64,000 nucleotides of DNA from Klebsormidium nitens. Lineage: Eukaryota > Plantae > Klebsormidiophyceae. Within the stretch, counting starts at the first letter, position 1; every line of letters begins with the position of its first letter. Below are positions 1-13,000 of the stretch, piece by piece. The notes under the pieces were generated by a model. It worked only from the letters and a program-made list of their open reading frames with translations, was not told where the DNA came from and searched no databases. The position numbers and the translations under genes were made by a program. The stretch covers positions 62,001-126,000 of the forward strand of contig DF236955.1 of NCBI GenBank assembly GCA_000708835.1, in the 5' to 3' direction.

Positions 1-564
1 CGGTGTCCTGAGCGGAGCTCACTCAACTATGAACGCAGGCTGTGCAAACAGCGTCGCCTCGAAAGTGTCTTACAGCAGCCAGAAGTCTCTCATTCCCAAA
101 ACAGACTCAATCGAGTCAATGTTACCGCCTAAAGTGTAACCCACGTCCATCTGTTTTGCATTCAGCTTACAGAGTAGAGCCCCTGAAAAGGTTTGTGCAG
201 CCCACACCAAGACACCCCTCTGTGACATGAACGTAATCTGCCTGAGCTTTCACCCCCAACAAGTCCTCCAGGTGCGTTGTCCGGGAACAACCTCAAAAAC
301 CAGAACAACTATAAGCGTGCCAAGTCTTTCCTGGAAGGGCACACAGCATCGGGAACTGGACCCGAGATTCAAAGCCGTCGAAGCCAAAACGTTCAGCGAC
401 ATTGATAGAGTTGAAGCCCCTACTTTATACCAACGCTTGACCAGAAACATGGCTCCTTGCCCCCCATTGGAGTAACTGTGGGGAACACAAGCGGTCTTCA
501 AGGGGGAAGCTCACCCCAACATCAAGGACAACAACTTCATCTGACCGGTCGTCTCCTTTCTCAC

Positions 565-606
565 TCGCCACCCCCTCCACGTCCACCACCGCGTGGCCCC
601 CCCCCC
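565..606 (-). CDS. Possible 3' end of a Gly/Arg-rich (RGG-box) exon running out of the gap
   Basis: Minus strand reads GGPRGGGRGGGG, followed directly by a GTGAG donor at 564. The rest of the exon is hidden by Ns. Confidence 0.3.
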
Positions 607-1101
607 NNNNNNNNNNNNNNNNNNNNNNNNNNNNNNNNNNNNNNNNNNNNNNNNNNNNNNNNNNNNNNNNNNNNNNNNNNNNNNNNNNNNNNNNNNNNNN
701 NNNNNNNNNNNNNNNNNNNNNNNNNNNNNNNNNNNNNNNNNNNNNNNNNNNNNNNNNNNNNNNNNNNNNNNNNNNNNNNNNNNNNNNNNNNNNNNNNNNN
801 NNNNNNNNNNNNNNNNNNNNNNNNNNNNNNNNNNNNNNNNNNNNNNNNNNNNNNNNNNNNNNNNNNNNNNNNNNNNNNNNNNNNNNNNNNNNNNNNNNNN
901 NNNNNNNNNNNNNNNNNNNNNNNNNNNNNNNNNNNNNNNNNNNNNNNNNNNNNNNNNNNNNNNNNNNNNNNNNNNNNNNNNNNNNNNNNNNNNNNNNNNN
1001 NNNNNNNNNNNNNNNNNNNNNNNNNNNNNNNNNNNNNNNNNNNNNNNNNNNNNNNNNNNNNNNNNNNNNNNNNNNNNNNNNNNNNNNNNNNNNNNNNNNN
1101 N
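607..1101. other. Assembly gap (495 N) preceded by a poly-C run
   Basis: N run seen directly; ORFs crossing it are artefacts. Confidence 0.99.
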
Positions 1102-2158
1102 GCTAGCAAATCCTGCCGACCCCCCCGCAGCAACTTGAGATGCCTTCAATAGAAGTGCCAATTTCCCCTGTGTTTGAGTGTCCCGGGGAAGCATCCACAT
1201 GACGGTTTGCAGGAGCCTCTGGCGCCGCTGACACGGGCACGCCGCGTTGCTGACGTCAGCGTAGCGCTGCGCCCCCCTCCTGGGTGACGTTCGCCTCGTA
1301 GGAGGGTCCATCCTTCTGGAAGGAGAGAGGAGACTGGGGCGAGGTGACAGCGAGGCGTGATGTGGCGCCCCGGTGTGAATTGGCGCCCTGGCGTGAATTG
1401 GCAGCCTAACGTTGTGCGGTATAGTCATGAGCGCGTGTCCGTCGCGCAACAAACTGCCACCAGCCCCAACTGCAGAAACTTCTCTCAAGGGGACCACCGA
1501 GCATACGGTCACCGCAGACGACATGACTCTTGAGCCCCGGCAGAAGCGCCAATGCCGGTGCCTGGTCTGTGTGCGACTAACTCTGTGCCAGCGTCGGGAG
1601 TTGGGAGGACTTCTTCGGGGCAAGCCAGAGGGTCTTCACGCGGTGGCAGGGGACATGCTTTCACCCGCTTGCACTGTCAGTGATAGCACTGATAGCATAA
1701 AATTGAAGCGCCCCTTGGCCCTGAGGCCAACTTTGCCCCGAGTCTTGAGCTGCAGTCTGCAGATGCTGCTGTTTGCCTCACGCTGGAGCTGGCTGACTCG
1801 AGGCCGTGCTGTGGCGGCTAAAGCGTCTTGGTGCAAGCAGGAAAAGTGTGAACAGGCTCCGTATGGATTGTTCATTGCCGGCGCAAGCCAACTCGACAGC
1901 AAACGTACGAAGGTTTTCACAGGTCATCTTTGTGAAGAAGCTCCGATGCTACGTACAGTGACTTTGTCTCTCTCGGCGTCACCCTACATAATGCAAGTGA
2001 AGAGTTCCCAGGCACAGGGAAACCACCGTACGACAAACCAGGTGGAAGGAAAAGAAGGGTGGGAACGGTTTGCTGTCTCGCCCTCTTTCGCTGCCTCTCC
2101 TCTCTTGTGGCTGCCGCGCACGCAGCAACAGCCAGGGGTTCTGCAGCGAGACGCAGCC

Positions 2159-3777
2159 ATGGTGGAAAAGGGGAAGAGCAGGACCAGCGAGGTCGTCACG
2201 CGGGAGTACACCATCAACCTGCACAAGAGGCTGCACAGCTGGTGAGCGGGGAGAAGTTTGTGCAGAGTTAGGCTGGGGGCGTTGCAAGTGAGGGGTTTTT
2301 TTTGCTTGTTGAGAAAAGAGGGGCGTTGGCTGTGGCGGAGAGATGCAAGCGGTCTAATGTCCATCGGGGTCTGGATGCTTTGAGCTGACACAGTACTAAT
2401 GGGGGCGTTAAAGTGTTGGCCGGTAATGGTCTGTTCATATCCGCTGCCTAGCGGGAAGCGCATCCAGCATATTGGAGGGCATTTTGGCCGTTACAAATCT
2501 GCAGAAGGAAAAAGCATCTGACCAGATATGAGCTTTTGATCAGGCTGTCTTCTTGCCCCGGCTTTATAACAGGAGTGCGATGTTTGTAATCTGGATGCCG
2601 GTCCTCTTACATTTGAGTTTTACTTAGAGAGAAGATGGGGGCGACGAGCACTATTGATGGAGCAAGCCTGTGTTCTTGTAGAAAGTGGACAGTGTCAATT
2701 GCCCCATAGCAGCACGGGCACTACAGAAGTTGACCCTAGCCTGCCGTCATTATGCCTTGGAAAGAATGACTTTGAGTTCAGCGTTTCGGATGAGCACGCG
2801 TACTGGGGTTGGGCCATATACCAAGACCACGGGGCAGGAATTTGCATTTAAAATTGTAGTAGGTTTTCCATTGTGGCAAATACCCGCCTTGAAACATTCG
2901 GGACCATTGAAGCGCGGAGTTTTGATCTTACAAGTAGAGGCGTCCATCTGTTGAGTCAAGCGGGCTGGCTTTGACACTGGGTGGAGGGTCACAAGTTAGG
3001 CTAGTGCGTTGACAAAGTGCTTTTTAGTATATGAGAGGCTACATAAGGTTGAGCGGGCCTGGCGAGTTGCAAGAGTCAGCTTACAGAAGTACAGGAGTAA
3101 TGGAGTACAGGTTCAGCGATTGTTTTGAAGCCAGTCAAGTTCTCCTTATTGGGCGCACGACCTGTTTGTAACGCGTTATAGAAGTGAAGTAGTAAGTTGT
3201 TTGCATTCTGAGGAGTTTCCGCGGGCTTCAGAGACAATAACTCCTGGTTGTTGGAGGATACGGCTGCAGCTCATGTCTGGGGCAGAGAAAGTTCTAGGTT
3301 GCCAAGTGGCACGTTGCGTCTGGCGCGGCCCTCAAGAGCAGTCTGCCACACCCTTCTATATAAGCAACCCCCTCCTTCCTATTTTAGTGATCCTGACACT
3401 CACCCTATCTATTTCAAGGCAGAATCTGGCAAGGGAAGGCCTGCCAGGCCGCGGAAGCATGTCAGAGTTAAGCTTAAGCTTTTCCATGCCACCAATGCAG
3501 CACGTTCAAGAAGAAGGCCCCCAAGGCGATCAAGGTCATCAAGCAGTTTGCCGAGTCGGTGATGAAGACCAAGGACGTGCGGATAGACACCAAGCTGAAC
3601 AAGGCGGTGTGGGCCAAGGGCATCCGCAACGTGCCCCGGAGGCTTCGGGTGCGCATCTCCCGCAAGCGTAACGACGATGAGGACGCGAAGGAGGAGCTCT
3701 TCTCATATGTCACCGCCGCAGAAACGCCCGAGGGATTCTCCAACGTCGGCACCAAGATCGTCGAGGATGACGAGTAG
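2159..3777 (+). CDS. RPL31: 60S ribosomal protein L31; exons 2159-2241, 3501-3777
   Basis: Spliced product [98 protein letters not shown]... is classic eL31. GTGAG/CAG phase-2 intron. Confidence 0.97.
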
Positions 3778-4680
3778 GTTAAGCGTTTGGATTTGAAGAG
3801 AAGGTTGGGAAAGGTGCAGTAGCGGGGACTAAGTGCTAGGCTCTGCTTGCCGCGAGACTTTCTCTTCTCTGGACCAAGGCACTCTTTCTGTGCATTCTTA
3901 TACAGCTTTCCTGTCCTACGTTCAAGAGAAATCTCAGTGTCCCCACATCGCCGCAACCTGGTATGTTGTATTCACATGAGAGTGAAAGGGTTGTCCAGCA
4001 ATGTCCAATTCACAGAGGTCGCAAGATTCTGAATTCTTTCTTAAGGTCCAGCTTTTGTCCTACTATTCTGGGATGATTGGTGGGTTGGCGTCTTGCTTTA
4101 ACCTTTTCTCGCTGATCATGGCTGTCCCAGATCTTCTAGGTATTTAAATCTTTCTGCCTTGCCATCTGTCTCCGCCGTTCTTTGAAGAGGTCGCAGTTTT
4201 TAGTGGTTCCAGCCAAGATGGTCATTTCCCTTTCATCATTGCCAGCAGCGCCCTTGCTCATCTAAGCAAAGGGTGTTACTCGGCGCGGTCCGGAAATAGG
4301 GTGAAGTTGCTTCAGAGCTAAGAGCTTCGAGCTTGACCGTCTCATTCTTGGAAAGAAGTGGACAGGTTGCTTTCTTCGTTCTTTTGACCGAGTTCAAGGT
4401 ACCCTTTGTTTTCCTCATCTCGATTATTGTTTGTGATGGAACCAGGCTACTTGTTGCCGGCCTGAGCATAGGTTGTCTCTTCCGTATTCTGGAGGCTCAA
4501 GTACCTTCTTTGTTGTATTGACAGTGCAAGGCCAGTTTAGCCAGTGTTGCAGGTTGCTGAGCGTCCATTCAAACGCATCACGTTGCTTGATGGCTGGTCA
4601 CTACGATTGCCCTTACTTGAAGCTTGCGCGGCAGCCTAGCTGGGCCCAAGGGCTTAGTCTGAATCATTTCGAGGCTATCT

Positions 4681-5200
4681 GACTTTCGTTGTTCGTGGTG
4701 CGGTGATCATGGCTCTACAAGTTGGGAGAACCTCATATGTCAACAGGAAGCTCATATGGCAACCGTCAGGTGTTACTGATCATGAATTGGCATGCATGTG
4801 AGCAGCCAGACTATCTCGATTCAATGTAATTCGTCAATTGCAGCTGCGTGTACTCATAGTTGGGAGGAGTATACCTTATTCAGGTAAACAAAAAGGAGAA
4901 AAACGTGCATTGAAGGGCGTGTGGATCTTGCTCGATTATCGATAGTGCAATATAACCGGGCGCGTTTGAGTTATATGGCTGAGTCCTGCATCTCATGTAT
5001 AGCCACCAGTCAAGTCATGCATGGCATGAAACACATTGAATGTCCATATTCATGTGCTACATATATGAGCTGCCATTCTGCGCATACTTCCATGCTCATG
5101 TTCTGCACAATTGCATGGGCCTCAATGTGCAGTCGCACTAAATCCAAGCCAGATCACTTTTACAGTCCGGCAAGGCCGTGTACTGCACATGGGCCAGTTG
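4681..5200. other. CATG/RY-rich island between the RPL31 and eIF3f 3' ends
   Basis: 13 CATG in 520 bp by manual count (about 2 expected at 1/256). Confidence 0.6.
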
Positions 5201-5664
5201 CTATACAGACGTGTCACTATTCGACCATACATTAGTTGGAAAATGCAGCCAAGCGCTTCAATCAGCGGGGTGGCACCTTGGCCAGTGGGGTGACTTGGAT
5301 GTACCAATGTCAACAACATCAAGCACAATTCATGACATACGAACTGTGGCAACTCAAAGCAGCTATCGGCCAACTTGCGTGCTCTTTGATCGAAAGGCCA
5401 AAAAAGCCACTTTATTGCGATACTCGGATTAGACAAGTTTCTGGTTCGTTGCTCTCCTACCGTCCCTGAATGCATAACAGCGCAATCGAGCGCCGAACAC
5501 CTCCGGAAATCCCTTAGCTGACGCATCTTTTTTCGGAAACTCACTGATCCCTCCCCTTGGAACGTGCTCAAAACAATTAACCCCTCGGACTCTGAATGCC
5601 TTCGGCACTTGGCGAAAGCAATGGGCTCAGCGCAGAAACTGAGCAAGCAAAAACTCTTCTATGT

Positions 5665-8600
5665 CTACACGGGTGCGCTTGCTGTGTTGAGCTTCTCGGC
5701 GAGAGCTAGTTGGGTTCTTGTGAGGTTGGCGAGGTAGAGAACAAGCAGCATATCCTGCAGCAATATAAAAAGCTCTCCAGGTAAGACATCACATTAAGGT
5801 CGAAGCTTGCCGTGAGCACATAACGGAAACAGTTGGTCAATTCTCTGCCAAAGTTCATTGTGTAATGACTCAGGTCTTCGCACAATCCAGGGGAACGTCA
5901 ACCACAGACTCGGCGGTTCACTCGGCAAGTGTCACCTCTTGACCAACTTTCTTGAAGGACCAACAGATCCGTCCTTCTTCTAACGGGTACAACCAAAGGG
6001 CAGCCCGCGCACACAAGAGAGCCTTCGAACTAAGCATACAAGAGGCGTGCAGAAGCATCTCATGATCCTACAAAAAACCCAGGCGCTTGTTCCTGTCGGC
6101 GGTATCCGGGAGCTCTTCATCCAAGATTCGCTGACACGCCCGAAGCAAACCAGCGCAGGTTTTTCAGAAACAACACCATGATCAAGCAACGTGATAGCCC
6201 AAGACCTACCTGTACACTATCGTTGAAGAGCGAGTCGAAGCTTTCGGGGTTTATTCTCGGCACAACAGCGACCGTGTCTGCGAGGTACCGCCCGATCGTG
6301 TTGTCCGCCGGGATCTTTCCGTCCTGTCAACGAGCGTCACTTCAAATTTAGAAGGCTACAACATCCGCACCTCTATTTGATAGACTTGAAATAACCTTTG
6401 CTAAGATTATGGTGCGGTGAGCACGACAACGGCTGCTCGGCGGATGACATACGAGCGGGATCCGAGTTTGTTTGTGAGCTTGCTCATTGAACAATACTAA
6501 AGGCCGAGACTCTTCGATCTAGGCAAACAGGCCATCAACCTAACCAAACGGGCCATAAGCGAAGCTAGAAGCACACGAGGTTCCCAGCACGAACTCTCTA
6601 TCAGAAACGACTTAGCAACTAAGGCATCTAACAAATCGAAAACACCAGCCACTACAAAGCCCTCACCAACCCCTTTCAAGCTTCTGCGCATAGGTCACCG
6701 AAAAGGAGCCTGTCAAAGTACTGCGTAAAATTTCGTAAGACTTTCGCTTGGTACATAACATTTTGATCCGCTGGTGACAGGTCCAACAAATAATGGAGAG
6801 ACATGGACCACCTTCGGATATCTCTACCTCAGTGACCTACTGCCCCCCTGATCGGCAGCAAAAGTAGAACACCATTACTGGGAGGTAAGAGGAACGATGC
6901 TGGAACTCACCACTACTTTGTTGACATACTGCGCCACAGTATCGACCATCCCTCGCAACCGCTCCACCGTTGCCTCAAGCCCCTCGATCTCGTTCGGCAG
7001 CCGATCCGTCTGCGTCTCCTTCAACACCTCGACTGTGGAAGCAAGTTACACAGTGAGCAATTCGGCACCATATCCAGTCCCCGTTCAAACTCAAACCGCC
7101 AAGTCAATTATGAAAAAGAAGGGTCGAATCTGAATTTCCGAACGTCAGATTTTATGGTGCGTCCTCAGAGAGATTCAATGAACAGGAGTTCCGGTGGGAG
7201 GTAAATCAAACTTTTCAATAGCTAAGACGGCTTTGGATGAAGTCAAAGCAATCGGTAACATCATTGCAATCCAGAGTCTGCAGAGAAAGAATATTTCTTT
7301 GCCCAGAAAGCAACAGAAGCTGCCATAACCAGAAGCTAGGGCCAGGACGACTTGCAAAGAGATGTCGACCTCGATCTAATCAAGCCTCTCACGGCTTGCA
7401 GAACAGAATCAGAACCCCCATGCACACTAGCGCAATTTGCACCATGAGGGGGCCTCAAGTATCTGGGGTCTATTTATAATGATCTTTCATCTTGACAACC
7501 AGACCCCTTGCCATACCGCCAGTAAGTTGCACAATAAGAACTCCTTCAGCCAAGTCCCTCCAAGGAGACAAGATTCCAACTCTGCATGAAACCATGCTTA
7601 CTGTACAGTTTTCCACTGGGGCAAAGACCAGCTCCAGCTCTCTCAAGATCTCAGGACCTTGACCGAACATCAATAACTGTCTTGTGACTCGGTGGAGAGA
7701 GGACGCTCATTACCCTGCTGACTACTGTGCCCAGTCGTGAAACACGAGAAGTGACTGGGCAAACAAGCGCCTGGGATAACAACTGGTGGCTCCGGTCATA
7801 TTTACGGTTTCCTGCCTCCATCAACTTCAGCTCAAGCTGCGCCCTGTGGAATTCTGGGGCCACCAGACACCTCATTCACATCCCCAAGAGCTCATTTTCA
7901 GATGACGTCCGAGAGCAAGACCGAAAAGCACGCCCCCCCCATCTCCCACCAGTGTAGGTCAAGCCATATGTCCCTGAAATGCGTGGCCCACACCGCGCAC
8001 CCTTTTAACTGCTTGCTCCCCCAAAAATTAGACACGGATGGAAATGCTGCTACTCACAGCCAACTCTCTCTGCCTCCACGAGCCGCAAGTCCAGCTGGAT
8101 CTCGTGGAACTGCGCCGCCAGCTGGCGGTCCCCCAGCTGCACTGGCGTCGACACAAACGCCTTGAGCTTCAGCTTCTCGGTCGTGAACGCCGTGTCCACC
8201 GTCAACAGGATCGCATTGTTTGCTTCCCGTGAGTAGAAGTCCTGGATCAGGGCGTCACTGACACTGACCCCGGCGCCAGTGGAGTACCTGCAAATGGGGC
8301 GACATGATGTGTCAAGGTTTGGGAGGGGGAAATTCGAGGTCAAGGTTTGGAGTTTCTAGCCCTTACTTTTAGCATGTACGAATTTGATCTGACGGGAGAG
8401 TCGATGAACTTTCCAAACTTTTCCTGCTTTCATGTTCAATCTGTGGCTTCTGATAACATAAGTTTTCTAAATGACTTCCTCGAAATTATGCAATCACCTT
8501 TTTGGAAACCTCGTTTTGCCCCACCAACTTTCTGCAAGGCTGAAAGCCAGTTCCGTGCAAAAGGCACGTTCAACTTCATGAATCCGCTCAGGGGCCATCA

Positions 8601-9368
8601 AGGATGCCCCAGATTATCTCAATCAAAACAGCTCAATCCTCCATGAGGCCTTCCCGCAGGTGCCTGCAACGCTGATGAGCCAAGCCTTGAAATAATGATT
8701 TGCATGGGTCCAAAATTGAAAGGCTACGATCCTCACCAGCCGACGATGGCTTCTTTAGGGTTCACTTGGTGGTGCAGATCAAACATCCGCTGGTGGAAGT
8801 CAATGTCAACCGCAACCTGCAGGTTAACTTTTCATGTGAGACCCGCCCAAATCGACTCGGCAGTTGGTTCCAGAGATTGCATAGAATGACACCAGCGTCT
8901 CTTCTCAATTGCCTCAAAAACACCACCAGCCATTCATTCTGCACATTCTAGGACTGAACTCTTCTATTTAAGAGCCCTGGCGATCAAGGAGGAGGGGACG
9001 CAAAAGTACACCCTTCAATCGCTTTCTGTGGCCTCGGCAGCACATTATCACGCGACCATTACCAAAGGCGCCACAGAGTGCCTGCCATATAAAGGCAACC
9101 ATTACCATATTGTGAGGGAGCAATCCAATCAAGCCCCGCCAGACCCACTAACCTCATCACTCGTCTCTTTGTGAGGCACTGCATATGAATTCTTGATCTC
9201 CACTGTGCCGTCGCTGCTCACTGTCCCCAAGAGCGTTCCAATCACTCTCTCCTGGCCCTCATTCCGCCGGATGTATGCATCACTGATGTTAAACAGGACG
9301 ACCGGGTGCAATTTTGCAACCGCGGCCGTCGGGCCCGACGGCAGATGGAGGACACTCAGGTCTCCCAT
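5665..9368 (-). CDS. eIF3f: Eukaryotic translation initiation factor 3 subunit F (MPN domain); exons 9368-9153, 8816-8737, 8287-8058, 7032-6911, 6323-6210, 5754-5665 (283 aa)
   Basis: LHPVVLFNISDAYIRR...RVIGTLLG; VAVDIDFHQRMFDLHHQVNPKEAIVGWYSTG; LDLRLVEAERVGFEVLK; DGKIPADNTIGRYLAD; DMLLVLYLANLTRTQLALAEKLNTA. All junctions GT-AG and phase-consistent. Confidence 0.95.
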
Positions 9369-9769
9369 GCTTGGATTCCTCTTGTTCCGCTATGTCTGCT
9401 CTTTCGCACCTTCTATCGTCTTCACACACCTGCTTCGTGTAACTTCTGAGTAGACGAATGTCCCCTTGCCGAACGGCGGGACAATCACTCAATTACAGCC
9501 AAGGCAGTACAAGTTGATCAAGTTGATGATCGAGTTGGTTTCTATCCCAAACTTTACTAAAACACAAGCACACTCAGGGTGCCGCTCTTACGGCTTTGAA
9601 GATGTAGCAACCACCAACTCACTCAATACTGCACTTGAGGCTTGACTAATGCGAGAGGCTCGTCTTGAGAAACCTGCCTTGCTCCTTTGCGCCCCCAAAG
9701 CTGGTCCCTACTCTGCTAAATGCAGAGCTCTGTAGCTGCTCAGACTCCTCTCGATCGGACTCTTCAGCC
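9369..9769. promoter_or_regulatory. Short divergent promoter region, eIF3f / TAF15-like
   Basis: Head-to-head gene geometry only; no specific motif assigned. Confidence 0.45.
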
Positions 9770-9936
9770 ATGAGCACTGCTCCTTGGCTGCCAGCTCAGT
9801 CTCAGCGCGAGGGTTATTTACGTGGTTTGCCAGGGCTTGCCGGTGACCACACTCGGTTAGACGACCTGTATGCCAACGAGGCCTCTGAATCAGCTGCGCA
9901 TACGTTATTCTTTGAGGGCCCTGTTGGCAAACATAT
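9770..9936 (+). CDS. Possible extra 5' coding exon of the TAF15-like gene (MSTAPWLPAQ...GPVGKH)
   Basis: ATG-initiated ORF ending at a GTGAGT donor (phase 2). It joins in frame only through the TAG acceptor at 10061-10062. Confidence 0.4.
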
Positions 9937-10093
9937 GTGAGTGTCCCCACAACCGAGCTTCTTGCTCTCTTAACTTGGTTGTGATACATATTATGAGCTT
10001 CGTGCACAGTTTGCCCATTTTTCAGGAACAAGGGGTCTGCCCCTCATTCTCCATTGGCATAGGGCGCCATTGCAGGCACAACGGATTGCAACA

Positions 10094-13000
10094 ATGGGGA
10101 GGGATACACAGGTGCCAGACGTGTTTGTGAGGCACTCAGTGATGTCACAGCGGAGCGCGCAGCTTGCTGTGCCTTCTGACGCCAACACGATCTACGTTTC
10201 AAACCTGCCGGCTCAGGGAATGGATCTTTTTGCTTTGGCAGAGTTCTTTGGCACAATGGGGCCTATCAAGGTGGGTGCATAACCTCTCTGCAAATTTTAT
10301 GAGCTTTACCTCATCATCAGAACAGCGGGCGCATAAAAATCCGACGCTTCCGGCACTCCTTGCTTAATTGTGTCTTCTTGGCTTCAATTCGATTTGTTCG
10401 ACCTGTTTTCTAGTGGACCCTGTCTTTTGGAACTTATCTTGGAATGCAAAGATACCAAGCATACATCTCCTCATAGCTAGAAGAGCTTTCAGCAAGGCGC
10501 CGGCAAAAATGCCTGGCGATAAAAGTGGGGGAATGTATGCAACTTTGTGCCCCAGAACACTTGCATAGTCACTTTGATCTGCTTTCTGAAGCCTTGATGG
10601 TACATCACGGACGATGGTGGTCAAAACAGTACAGATGAAGTTTGGAGTGCCCTCTTTCAACGGAGTTCAACTGTTTCTGACGCTTATGGCTGGTTACGAA
10701 CACCCTAGTTGCGGTTGAAAATCACTCCTGTGTATGCTTTTCTGCTTTCAATTGCTCGGTTGTTTTGCGCATTCAACATGGGCTTATGTAGATTGATACC
10801 ATTGGGTCTTCTACGCATCCTTCGTATACCAAGTGTATTTTGACACGGTCTGCGCAGCGCAGATTAAGCTCTCCGAAGACCATATGTCTTCTCCATGATC
10901 AGTCACCGTTGTAAAATGGAGCTGCACACTGTCAGAAACCGTACATCGTCCGCCGATAAGTCTATTCGAGAGCGCACACATAGTCTATACTCCACATCGA
11001 TCCTTTTCAATGCAATTATAAGCCCCTTTTGCGCCTGTTCAAAGTAAGAAGTAAAACACAAATCTGTCCCATGCAGATGGACGCAAAGACTGGCGAACCC
11101 AAGATCCGCATCTACCGCAACAAAGAGACAGGCGCTCCCAAGGGCGATTGCACCATCATGTACCAAGACGCAAATTCCGCCCAGTCTGCTGTGCGCTGGT
11201 TCAACGGCAAGGACGTCGACGGCAATATCATCAATGTGTCCATGGCTCAGGAAAACATGAAGGGAGTGGAGGTAGCTGCTGTGGGGCCTGATAACACCTC
11301 TCCGGGTAAGTCCACTCATTGCCCTTGCCGGGGCAAGAAGGGAAACAGAACGGTGGATTGGATAGATGTAAAAGGCGCATGATGGATTGTTGGCGGTGCC
11401 GGGTAAACATGACAGGCTTAAACTGCGGGTGCCACACAGGTACAGGTAGACAAGAGAATAACAATAAAAATCGGGCTGGTTCAGGTGTGCTTTTGTTTGG
11501 AGGTTTAGCCCTGTCACATGCTCAATTTTGCTCTATCCCCTGCAACCAAGCCCTCGAGTCCGATGTTTGTCGCTTTTCTCTGGAAATTTGCACTCTTCAG
11601 ACAAAGAGCGGGCAATCGCCCACCCGTTTGCTACTGTCGCCCCTTATCCATTTGAGACAAAGAACGGGTATCCCTCATCTAAGATTTGCGATGATCGATA
11701 TAAACTTCAATGGCTTTCGCTTGGTCTCTCATTTTCTGGGGATTAAAGTTGACAAGCTGACGATTGCTTTCTTGGTAATGCAGGTCCGCAAGCCCCCGTA
11801 GCTCCCGTCGCGGGCAAACCCTGGCAAAAGGATGGGGATTGGCCATGCCCCAAGGAGGGGTAAGGAAACATCGCCTTCCAAGTTTTGCAAACTCCTCCAG
11901 CAGCAGTGTCGTGTCTTCTCTAGGGAAACCCTCATGCTGCGACCCTGCTGTCCGATGCGGAGCTAGTAACAAGTTCGTTGATTGCGGTGTGTTTGCTCTC
12001 AAGTCTCTTTGGTTGACGGGAAATATCGACACGTACAACATGGGGGAAGCCTGGCAAATGTTCCTTCATACTTTTCTGTTTGGTTGACTGTGTTGACCAA
12101 CCAGCCTCAGCTTCGTCCTCCGCAACGATCTCTCTATATCAACAGCATTACCAACCGGACTGCCAACCTTTTTGACCCCGCTTTGATTGACACTTACGCT
12201 GTCACTGCTGAACAAAAATGGAAAAGGACCGGAGGTCGTTCACCGGATTCAGGGCGAACAAGCAACGCCCGTTTGGTGCATGGACCAGATCCAGTCAACG
12301 TTTACCACAGAGTCGAGTTCTTCAACCACCTTTCCCAACGAGGACAGTAGCCTCAAGCCGTTCGTTTCGGCCAGTTCAAGGGAACCTTCTCAACTGTGCA
12401 TGCCATGCGCAGGTGCGGAAACGTCAATTTCGCCTTCCGTGGCGTCTGCAACAAGTGCGGCACCCCCCGGCCATCTGGGGGCGCGGCAGGGCCGTCAGCA
12501 GGAGGCGCCGGCGGCGGCCGTGGCAGGGGGGCCGCTGGGCAGGCTGGACGAGGGGGCGGGCGGGGCGGGGGGCGAGACGGGGGCGGGCTTTTCACGGCTG
12601 CAGACTGGAGCTGTCCGTTGTGAGTAGATTCTCGTCAACTCCAAGTGTAGCACTTCAAAAGTACTGGTGCTCGAAACTTCCTTCGCACTTCAGGGGCCAA
12701 GGACTTGCGTATTTTTTTCATCTGTCTGGTCTTTTCAGAGCAGCTTTCTGAAAGGAAGGTTCGATAACCGACTCACTTGTTGAGGAGCTGTAAACAGATC
12801 TTAACGGAAGTGCAAAATCCTTCCACCGTGCTTGGGGGAGACTAGCGGGGGCACAGATCAAGGACGTACATTAGACTAAATCAAGTGTTTCTCCAGTTCA
12901 ACCGGTGGGACGATTCTAAGCCGGCGTTCTCCGTACAGGTGTCAAAACATGAACTGGGCGAAGCGAAACAAGTGCAACATCTGCAACACTTCAAAGCCGG

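Noticed and set aside
457-1623. Long ORFs spanning the N run
   Set aside because: Artefacts of translating Ns.
2242-3500. Intronic snoRNA in the RPL31 intron
   Set aside because: No RUGAUGA...CUGA pair with a terminal stem found by eye; H/ACA cannot be judged without a tool.
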